Shown piece by piece: positions 37,507-45,566 of a DNA stretch of 64,000 nucleotides. The notes under the pieces were generated by a model that worked only from the letters and a program-made list of their open reading frames with translations, was not told where the DNA came from and ran no database searches. A program made the position numbers and the translations under genes. Numbering within the stretch: the stretch's first letter is position 1; each line of letters begins with the position of its first letter. Source of the stretch: Spirochaetaceae bacterium (lineage in GTDB: Bacteria; Spirochaetota; Spirochaetia; DSM-2461); contig OZ245056.1 of NCBI GenBank assembly GCA_965224705.1, forward strand, positions 800,001 to 864,000, written 5' to 3'.

Positions 37507-40359
37507 TCAGTAAAGAGGCAATCCCTGAAGTGTTATATCAAATGCCAGAGACCGGGTTTGCCACAGCCAGTTGAGGTCCAATCCAAGACTTGTTCCTGAA
37601 AAGCTGTTGAATGACGATAAGTCAATGTTCAGAGCAATGCCCGTTGACCACTGAGGGACGAGCGGACCGTTGGTTACAAGTGCATTGGAGTCTCCAGTCC
37701 ACTTAAAATCCGAATGTAGGCCAAGGCGCAAACGCTGAATGTAGACCAGAGCACCAAGCGGCTGGTCGAGATTGATGAGAGAGAACTCATAATCAACGCT
37801 GCCAAGAAGAGTTAGGCCTGCATATTGGCTGGCATATCCTCGTGCCCCACCCAATCGTGACGTGAAATTGGCTGTCATACGTTCTAAACCAAAGCGTAAT
37901 TGCAGGAAGGTATTGCGAAAACCGCCAGGGAGGTGGAGTATCAGTTCTCCTGTCAGAGATTCTGCCTTGTAAGAATGCAGTGGAATATGGGAATAAGTGC
38001 CTTTCACCTTCCATCCAAAATCAGGCTTAAAGGCCTGCTTTGATCCGGTTAAATAGCGGAACCACTCCGTTGTGTAAGTGAGTAGAGGATATACTGGGTC
38101 TTGTCCAAACCATATGAAGCCCCCGGAAACATTGAATATGAGAATATGTTCCCAGAGTCCATTTCTGGCGAGATTAGCAGCATAGAAGGCCCCGATCCTT
38201 GAGGAGATATAGTGACTTGGATTACTGGTGTTTATATTGCGGTATTTCCAGGTATTGAAGAGGTAAAAAACAGGCCTGATTCCTGTGTAAAGCAGTGACA
38301 GGTAGGCTCCCGGAGAAATCTCAGCGGTATCGTATGATGCACCGAGTTCCCATTCAAAGGTTTTAAGAATGTCACTGGACTTCACACCGAGCAGGAGATT
38401 TGAGGGATTATTTTTATCAACGGAGATACCCCATGAATGGATATTGAAAGCATGGGAGGTCAATCTATAGGGGGTTTCTGGATGCTCTGTATTGCCTCTG
38501 GCAATCACTTCGGCACTATTCTCAGGACTGCGAAGGGCCAGGTCCGGGACTGTTGGGGCTGGATCCTCAGAGATGTCATTGGGTGGACGTATGGATGAAC
38601 TCCGTCTTGAGTATTGAACTCTTGCAATGCGTTCTCCCTTACTGGATGAGTATTCAACAAAGTAAATCCACTGTCCATTGGAAGATGGTACTGGTAATGA
38701 TGCAGAATACCATCGCTGAGCAACATGATAGACTTCCTGAGTTTCGATGGAGACCGACCACAGGGATTCAATTCCGCCGGCATTACTCGAATAGATAACC
38801 TCCCGGCCATCAGCCGAATACACTGGATTTTTAACGGTTTCCCAGGACAGGGGTGTGAGCCAGTGCAGTTGAGGTGTATCAATCTCCCACTCGGCAATAC
38901 GCCTGCCGGAGTTACTGCGGACGGTGAAGACAATCCTATCTCCAGAAGGTGACCATGATGGGAAGGCCGCACTTGACTGCTCAAGGGAAAGTTCTTTTAG
39001 AATGGTTCCACTTCCCGCATCCAGAATGACGAGTCGATTTTTATTTCCACGGCCTGTTTCCGCTGCTGCAATTAATTGACCATCAGGAGAAAGTCCAGGG
39101 TAGAGATATCGGGAACCGGTAACCGGATAAGTTCGTTTGAGGATTCGGCCCTTTTTGCTCAAATCAACAACGGTGATATCACTGACACTGATGTCTGAAT
39201 TGCGGGGATTGAATCTGAGAGAGTTCCATGCCAGCCGGTAGCCGGACCGGTATGGTATCATGCTTATCCGTCCCTTTGAAGGAAAACGCATCCACTCGTC
39301 TTCAGTGCCGTCGGAGGACAGGCGAACCAGTTTCGGAGGATCCTTCAATGTTATGCGGCGGGCAAAGACGACATCACCCTCAGGACTTCCCGGGTCAACA
39401 AGAAGAGTATCGTAACGGGTGAAGCCTGTGTTTGGCTGACTGACTGTTTCGGCTGGTGTAAAAGAAGTTGATTCTTTAAGCTTACGGGTTTCAGCGGCGA
39501 GGCTCTGGAACATTTCCTTGAAGATTTCCCTGGGATGCTTGCCTGTCGCCTTTACCATCCCTATGTCAATAGCCAGGGCTGGGAGTCCAATTCTGGCTGA
39601 ATACCTGTAGATCGTGCTGATTGCTTCATCTCCGTATTTCTGACGAATCCACGCAGAGAGTTCATAGCCAAGGTGGTAGGCACTGGGATGATGCTCCTTG
39701 AAGGATTTATTGGCTATTTTGTGATAGCTGATCTCAGGATCGTCGGCAGCAATGAGGGCCATCTCCTGGGTGAACAGGGGATCCCGCCCCCGGCCTTCAC
39801 GGGACAGTTCTGTCTCCATGTAGGTGGAATCCCCCTCAAGCAGCCAATGGGGATGCCCCAGAACAATACCGGCTCCCCAGCCAAGGTCACCAAACAGAAC
39901 CCGCAAAAATCTGGTAAAGCCCTGGTCGGCAGCATCAAAGTGAGCAAGGTGGAGGCCTTCATGCCGTGCCAGGAGCATCCACCAGTCTGAAACGGCTGTA
40001 AATTCTTCTCCGGGAGTGGAATACCAGACACTTCTCCGCGGCATCAGGCTGACATAACCGTTGGCTGCTGCACTGAGATCTGTAAGAACAAGAGGCCATT
40101 TCTTCTTGCGGTGCTTTGGGGGTATATCACTGGAGACGGACTTGAGGACTTCATCCAGAACCATTGACAGGGCAGCGGCATCATCGGAAAGCGTGTCCGG
40201 GTAAATAATGTGAAAATGCTCCGTTTCTCTTTGCTTCCATTGGGATCCCGGGATGTATTGTGCGGAGAGGTCTATCAAGCATGTTGATGTGGTTAATATG
40301 CTCAAAAGGACCAGCAGTCGAAGTCTGGTTCGTAAGCAATGGTGCGAAGCTGGCAACAT
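37507..40359 (-). CDS. Secreted/outer-membrane protein: HExxH metallopeptidase-like domain + TolB-like propeller + C-terminal beta-barrel-like region
   Basis: ETEHFHIIYP, RHEGLH and WLLEGDS; PD40-like repeats (LSPDG, PSWSPSG, PVYSADG); aromatic amphipathic C-terminus. Confidence 0.7.
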   Translation of the reverse strand: MLPASHHCLRTRLRLLVLLSILTTSTCLIDLSAQYIPGSQWKQRETEHFHIIYPDTLSDDAAALSMVLDEVLKSVSSDIPPKHRKKKWPLVLTDLSAAANGYVSLMPRRSVWYSTPGEEFTAVSDWWMLLARHEGLHLAHFDAADQGFTRFLRVLFGDLGWGAGIVLGHPHWLLEGDSTYMETELSREGRGRDPLFTQEMALIAADDPEISYHKIANKSFKEHHPSAYHLGYELSAWIRQKYGDEAISTIYRYSARIGLPALAIDIGMVKATGKHPREIFKEMFQSLAAETRKLKESTSFTPAETVSQPNTGFTRYDTLLVDPGSPEGDVVFARRITLKDPPKLVRLSSDGTEDEWMRFPSKGRISMIPYRSGYRLAWNSLRFNPRNSDISVSDITVVDLSKKGRILKRTYPVTGSRYLYPGLSPDGQLIAAAETGRGNKNRLVILDAGSGTILKELSLEQSSAAFPSWSPSGDRIVFTVRSNSGRRIAEWEIDTPQLHWLTPLSWETVKNPVYSADGREVIYSSNAGGIESLWSVSIETQEVYHVAQRWYSASLPVPSSNGQWIYFVEYSSSKGERIARVQYSRRSSSIRPPNDISEDPAPTVPDLALRSPENSAEVIARGNTEHPETPYRLTSHAFNIHSWGISVDKNNPSNLLLGVKSSDILKTFEWELGASYDTAEISPGAYLSLLYTGIRPVFYLFNTWKYRNINTSNPSHYISSRIGAFYAANLARNGLWEHILIFNVSGGFIWFGQDPVYPLLTYTTEWFRYLTGSKQAFKPDFGWKVKGTYSHIPLHSYKAESLTGELILHLPGGFRNTFLQLRFGLERMTANFTSRLGGARGYASQYAGLTLLGSVDYEFSLINLDQPLGALVYIQRLRLGLHSDFKWTGDSNALVTNGPLVPQWSTGIALNIDLSSFNSFSGTSLGLDLNWLWQTRSLAFDITLQGLPLY

Positions 40360-40485
40360 ATAACCAGAAGTATATCATTCAAATCCGGTTTTGTCATTGA
40401 TTTTTTATTTCTCCTTCTCAGGAGATCATGTGTGAAGGATGACATTGCGAGTTTTCCGGCTGTTGAAATTGCTGTTTCACAGGGC

Positions 40486-40721
40486 AATCCTTATCTTTCT
40501 CAGGACAAACGACTGGAACTGTTGAATGCAACTGAAAATAAATTATGGGCCATCCAGAAAGCCGCAAGAAGGGAAAAAAGCTTTACGGAACAAAGTGAAA
40601 ATTGCCGAACGATATGGGCGAATTATTGAAAAGTATATAGTGGACAAACACTTCAAGTAGAGATTAGGGACGATGACTTTTTGTTTCCCGTAACGAAGAA
40701 TCCATCGGACAGGAAGAGGCA
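40486..40721 (+). pseudogene. Frameshifted fragment of an IS1634-family transposase
   Basis: Joining the frames gives NPYLSQDKRLELLNATENKLWAIQKAARR / LRNKVKIAERYGRIIEKYIVDKHF / VEIRDDDFLF / RNEESIGQEEA. This resembles the IS1634 segment that precedes the conserved DG.Y...T motif. Confidence 0.65.
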
Positions 40722-40927
40722 AAGTTCACCTGTCAGGAAGGCCTTGCGTTCACCTCATGGCAATCACAAAACAACCTGAAGAGCTAAAAATACAGTACAA
40801 TCCCATGTAAACAGTAAATAACATAGAATTTACTTGTAAATCTTTTTTTGATAGCGAATTACTAGCTTTTTTAGCTAAAAAATTCGGCTTAAAATGGGTG
40901 TTGTTCTTAGAATGAACAATTCAACAC

Positions 40928-40960
40928 TTGTATTTTTTTCCATGATATATTATCATATCA
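40928..40960 (+). promoter_or_regulatory. Putative promoter with overlapping palindromic operator for the BCCT gene
   Basis: TTGTAT-17-TATCAT; palindrome ATGATA-tat-TATCAT (40942-40956); GAGGAG RBS at 40980. Confidence 0.45.
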
Positions 40961-40991
40961 ATCAGCTTACAAATCAAACGAGGAGAAATGT

Positions 40992-42518
40992 ATGGACACA
41001 GGCAATGATACGCATGAATCTACAAATACCGATAAGTTGTCTTTGATTATCAGCGTCGGTTTTATGTTGTTATTTGTCATTTTTTATTTCATTAACAGTG
41101 AAGCATTAGGAAATGCAGTAAACACAGGTTTTGCGTGGTCGATTAAGTACTTCGGCGCATATTGGCAGGTGCTGCTTTTAGCAACATTTCTCATAGGCCT
41201 GGGGATCGCAATCAGCAGAAACGGAAGTTCAAAGCTGGGAGGATTAGAGAAGCCTGAGTTTATCACTCCTTCATGGATAGCGATTATAATGTGTACCTTG
41301 CTTGCGGGCGGAGGCGTTTTTTGGGCTGCTGCAGAACCCATTGCTCATTTTGTGAGTCCACCTCCAACATTTGCTGCGAGTGACAATCCATTTCAAATAG
41401 GAATCAATGCCCTCTCTCAGTCTTTTATGCATTGGGGTTTTTTGGCGTGGGCAATTTTAGGATCCCTTACGACGATAGTACTTTCCTATTTGCATTATGA
41501 CAAAGGCCTCCCATTGAAACCGAGAACATTGCTTTATCCACTCTTCAAAGAAAAAATTCACGGACCTATTGGTTCAGTCATCGATGCTTGTTGTCTCATT
41601 GCAGTTGCAGCAGGAACCATTGGACCCATTGGATTTTTAGGGCTTCAAGTGAGCTACATTTTGAATGACCTCTTCAATGTCCCAGATGCATTTATTACTC
41701 AACTCCTTGTCATCGCCGTTGCCACTTCCGTATATGTCACATCAGCTTTAACGGGTATCTATAAAGGCATACGAATTTTGAGTAAATACAATGTCAGCCT
41801 GGCAGTGCTCCTGATGCTCTATATTTTGATATTTGGGAGAACAGGATTTATCGTCGATGCTTATTTGCAAGGTGTCGGCAACCTTATTTCTAACTTTTTT
41901 GAAATGGCTGCCTTTCGGAGCGATACGGGTTGGCTTGGTTGGTGGACGGTATTTTTCTGGGGCTGGTTTCTGGGCTATGGTCCTGTCATGGCGATCTTCA
42001 TCGCTCGCATTTCACGAGGCAGAAGTATTCGTCAGATGATATTGACTATTAGCATCATCGCTCCTCTGGTAACGATGTTTTGGTTCACCATTGTTGGCGG
42101 AAGCGGCATTGCCCATGAAATTACAAGCGCAGGAGCGGTAAGCAAGGGGTTTGAAGGGTTCAATCTTCCGGGTGCCCTGTTGGCAATTACCAGTACCCTG
42201 CCATTGTCGACCTTGATATCGGTGTTGTTCCTGATTCTTACGATTACATTCATTGTCACAACAGGCGATTCTATTACATACACGATGAGCGTCATTAGCT
42301 CTTCATCGACGAAGCCTCCTCCAATGATGCGTGCCGTATGGGGTGTTGCAATGGGAATCGTAGCCATCATACTCATTTCAATTGGTTCAAGCGGTATTTC
42401 GGCATTGCAATCCTTCATTGTCATCACGGCAGTTCCAGTATCCTTGATATTGCTGCCGTCATTGTGGGATGCGCCGAAGATCGCAAAAAAGATGTCCGAA
42501 GAACAAGAAATAAAATAA
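40992..42518 (+). CDS. BCCT-family (betaine/carnitine/choline) transporter
   Basis: FWAAAEP, FMHWGFLAWA and WWTVFFWGWFLGYGPVMAIFIARISRGRSIRQ (BCCT signature). Confidence 0.93.
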   Translation: MDTGNDTHESTNTDKLSLIISVGFMLLFVIFYFINSEALGNAVNTGFAWSIKYFGAYWQVLLLATFLIGLGIAISRNGSSKLGGLEKPEFITPSWIAIIMCTLLAGGGVFWAAAEPIAHFVSPPPTFAASDNPFQIGINALSQSFMHWGFLAWAILGSLTTIVLSYLHYDKGLPLKPRTLLYPLFKEKIHGPIGSVIDACCLIAVAAGTIGPIGFLGLQVSYILNDLFNVPDAFITQLLVIAVATSVYVTSALTGIYKGIRILSKYNVSLAVLLMLYILIFGRTGFIVDAYLQGVGNLISNFFEMAAFRSDTGWLGWWTVFFWGWFLGYGPVMAIFIARISRGRSIRQMILTISIIAPLVTMFWFTIVGGSGIAHEITSAGAVSKGFEGFNLPGALLAITSTLPLSTLISVLFLILTITFIVTTGDSITYTMSVISSSSTKPPPMMRAVWGVAMGIVAIILISIGSSGISALQSFIVITAVPVSLILLPSLWDAPKIAKKMSEEQEIK

Positions 42519-42521
42519 ATT

Positions 42522-44888
42522 ATGAAGTCCCTATTACGCTCGCCAAATGATGTCATGAAAATCGAGCGCATAGGTGCAATGCACCAGAGCAGATTTAGTT
42601 TTGCAAGAATATTTATCAAAAACGCAAATAAGAATTCCTGGAAAATCTCTCTGGAAAAATGGGATTTAGACGAAAAGGGCTTCGGCAATGTTATATATTC
42701 TGTTAACACACCGAAGCGGCTTTATCATCTAGTCATATTTAGCAATGAACTTGAAGATAGTGAGCGTAATGACAGGGTTATCGCCGATAAATGGGATGTC
42801 GCCTGTGCGCTGGTGCAAGGAAAAGTTTCAGACGAACTATTAATTGACCTATGGCAGAATGTACCTTTACAAGAGAAAGGAAGATACAACGAAAAAGTAT
42901 TAACAATTAGCAGGGCAAATAAGAGCGTTCGCCTCTTTGATCATATCATAGAAGCCCTCTCATCGGGCAGACAGCCGAATATCGCCATGTTGGAAAAGGT
43001 GGGTTATATAATACGAACGACTGCTGTCTATGGAAATGGGAAGTTTGGAATGCTTGACTATGATGGACTTCAGGATAACGAAGATTTCAATATTCCATTT
43101 CTCACACAAATGTGTGTCGTATACATCTTGCGCTCATTTAGTATTGATTGGATTAACTTTTTGGCGAAGCAAAAAAATCCCGAAAAAGCCGTGAAGTTCA
43201 ATGATACCCTTTCAAGATTTTTGGGTGTCGGAAATGCCACAGGTCTTGGAATGACACTTTTCTTATTGAGACATCCAAAAATTGTTGATAATTGGTTGTA
43301 TCAAAGAGAATGCGCATTGAATGAAATCATGGCGGAAGTTCCATCGTCGAAGCATATCGCAAAGATGCTTACCCTACTCGATAGAGCAAGCAAGCATCTA
43401 AAAACTGTAGTGACAATAGATGAAAAGCAGAAAAAGCTAAATCGAATCGCATCGAAAGAAATTCAAGATGTTATTCAGCATATTCAAAGCATTGTGAAGG
43501 ACGACAATATATGGAAGAACATCATTCGCTCAAATAAAAAGTTGAGCTATGAGGCGCAAGAAACCTTTTTATCCTGTTTGCTTGAAATATATCCAGAAAT
43601 TGTGGAACCATACGAACGAAAGATGAACAGCGATGAAAACGAGCTTACTCTCGATAATGTAACGATCGCCGATTTATTGCACATCATCAAAGCAAAGTAC
43701 CAATGGGCAATTAATATTGATTTTGAGAAACCAGATGCGAATTTTTATTTCTGGTATATCTCCGAAGAGAAAGAAGAACCGAGGCTTGGTTTAAGAAACG
43801 AAGACGACGGTGCTGAAAAGGAGTTGCCTCTTGATGTGGCTCGGCAGGCACGCTATCTATATTCGGCTATCAAGGGTTTGGATCCTTGTATGCTGTTGAG
43901 CGAGTTTTTACTCATGCATCCTCAGTTTTCAAGTATTGCGAGACGCATTTATACTATGTCTGCCTGTCCGCTTGGGGAGATACAGACCAATATATTGGAT
44001 AAAAACTTCTTCCCGATGTATCTCCTCAGAGGAAAACTATCTTTTCTTGGAGCGACGAAGTTTGACCCACGATCTGACAAATGGGTGCAGGTTACTTTTT
44101 TTCAGAATGCTCCATTGATAGATGAATTGGATAAGGATGATTGGCTCTTTCCCCTCCTGGATAAAGAGGAGGTTACCACGCAGCCAATCAATAGAAAAAG
44201 AATATCCCTCAATGAGATTTACACAATATCATCGAAAGCCTTTTTGGCTTTGAAGAGTGAAGTTGGAGAGGCTGAAAATACTGCGAAGTGTTTAATGAAT
44301 ATGCATAAAATTGATTTTGACGGAATCTCTCTATTTGTTGAGGCATCAAAGAATCTGCCGAAGAGACTAAGATCAAGGCAGGTAGAGTTTCAAGAAGACA
44401 GGGTTGTTGTTGACTTGCAAAATCAAAGCCTCCTGTACTTCGCTCCGATGGTAATTGATTACGCTCTCAGTCAGGTGACTTTGAATAAGGAGTTCAAAAT
44501 CATTTTCAAGCACTGCACTCATGAATGGTCCATCATAGGTTTTTTAATGTCAATGTCTCTTGAAAATGTGCACACGATGACCAGGTGGAATGAAGGTAAT
44601 AAGTGTGTATGCGCTATTTTTTCCCCCGACAATCCATGGGCGAATATCACCACGTGTGCGCCCTCCAATTCAAATAATGAATTGACAATGCTGCTGAGTT
44701 CAAAGAGTTTATCGCATAAGAAAAGACATCACGCATTATACTCTTCAAGGGAGCTTCAAAATCGCGCGTTGCGCTCTATGAAAAAGGGAGTGATGGTTGA
44801 AGGTGATACACTGAAAGAATTTACCTCCCTTTATAAGGGTTTGCTCGTAGAAGCAACAATAGATTCAAGAAAGGGCGCAGGGGCATAA
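42522..44888 (+). CDS. 788-aa uncharacterised protein: conserved ~550-aa domain fused to a DUF3726-like C-terminal domain
   Basis: Conserved-looking motifs DRVIA, SRANKSVRLF, GYIIRTTAVYGNGKFG, GVGNATGLGM, EEPRLG and KFDPRSDKW. The C-terminal part runs ISLNEI...KAF...GEAE to EATIDSRKGAGA. Confidence 0.75.
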   Translation: MKSLLRSPNDVMKIERIGAMHQSRFSFARIFIKNANKNSWKISLEKWDLDEKGFGNVIYSVNTPKRLYHLVIFSNELEDSERNDRVIADKWDVACALVQGKVSDELLIDLWQNVPLQEKGRYNEKVLTISRANKSVRLFDHIIEALSSGRQPNIAMLEKVGYIIRTTAVYGNGKFGMLDYDGLQDNEDFNIPFLTQMCVVYILRSFSIDWINFLAKQKNPEKAVKFNDTLSRFLGVGNATGLGMTLFLLRHPKIVDNWLYQRECALNEIMAEVPSSKHIAKMLTLLDRASKHLKTVVTIDEKQKKLNRIASKEIQDVIQHIQSIVKDDNIWKNIIRSNKKLSYEAQETFLSCLLEIYPEIVEPYERKMNSDENELTLDNVTIADLLHIIKAKYQWAINIDFEKPDANFYFWYISEEKEEPRLGLRNEDDGAEKELPLDVARQARYLYSAIKGLDPCMLLSEFLLMHPQFSSIARRIYTMSACPLGEIQTNILDKNFFPMYLLRGKLSFLGATKFDPRSDKWVQVTFFQNAPLIDELDKDDWLFPLLDKEEVTTQPINRKRISLNEIYTISSKAFLALKSEVGEAENTAKCLMNMHKIDFDGISLFVEASKNLPKRLRSRQVEFQEDRVVVDLQNQSLLYFAPMVIDYALSQVTLNKEFKIIFKHCTHEWSIIGFLMSMSLENVHTMTRWNEGNKCVCAIFSPDNPWANITTCAPSNSNNELTMLLSSKSLSHKKRHHALYSSRELQNRALRSMKKGVMVEGDTLKEFTSLYKGLLVEATIDSRKGAGA

Positions 44889-45049
44889 GAGTCTGTCGGA
44901 CTTACGCCTCACGGCTCGATTTTTGCCCTTTTTTCCCGCTACCGCGTTGCCAAAATGCTCACGTAGCCCAGCTACGCTCCGCTTTTGCCGCCTTGTATCG
45001 GAAAAAAATCATCAAAAATCGCCTCGAAGCCTTAAAGTCCGACAGACTC
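44889..45049 (-). repeat. ~161-bp structured TIR repeat, copy 6 (reverse orientation)
   Basis: Full-length reverse-complement copy starting immediately after the TAA at 44886-44888; flanks ATAA/ATAG. Confidence 0.92.
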
Positions 45050-45153
45050 ATAGAGCCTCGCAAAAATGATATATAATCTTTTTTGTGCGGGAAAAACATT
45101 GAAACCGGCAATCTCTTTATGTAACATAACATTCAAGTGAGGGCAAAATAAAC

Positions 45154-45531
45154 GTGAAAAAGGCTATTAAGACAAATCTATTTCAATCGAAAGCACCATT
45201 GGAATGGGCGATTGTTTCTGAAAACACGCTCTACACAGCGCAAATACCTATTGATGCCAACGGTGACTTAATAAATGGTGGTATTGACGAGCAGACGACA
45301 CAGTGCTTTGAGAATTTGAAGCACACCCTTGAGTGTGCAAATACCACATTGGATAATGTTTTGCAAGTGCTTATATATGTCACAGACAGATCATACTTGC
45401 AGCGGGTGAATGCAATCTATGCAACCTATTTCAACCCTCCCTATCCCAACAGGGCAGCCTTTGTTGTGAGTTCTTTGGCAAGAGAAGGGATGCTTGTTGA
45501 GTTTGTTGTGTATGCACATACCGAAGCATAA
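45154..45531 (+). CDS. RidA/YjgF-family protein
   Basis: LYTAQIP, YPNRAA (conserved Arg) and LVEFVVYA motifs. Confidence 0.88.
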   Translation: MKKAIKTNLFQSKAPLEWAIVSENTLYTAQIPIDANGDLINGGIDEQTTQCFENLKHTLECANTTLDNVLQVLIYVTDRSYLQRVNAIYATYFNPPYPNRAAFVVSSLAREGMLVEFVVYAHTEA

Positions 45532-45566
45532 ATGTATCAGGACAAAATCAAAATTATGGGGGTTTT

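Noticed and set aside
10942..45049. Repeat family as a CRISPR array
   Set aside because: Copies are ~160 bp, dispersed kilobases apart, without spacers, and there are no cas genes in the window.
45053..45066. GAGCCTCGCAAAAA (and GAGCCTATAAAA at 28798) as ends of another IS next to repeat copies
   Set aside because: No partner inverted end or transposase was found; too short to support.
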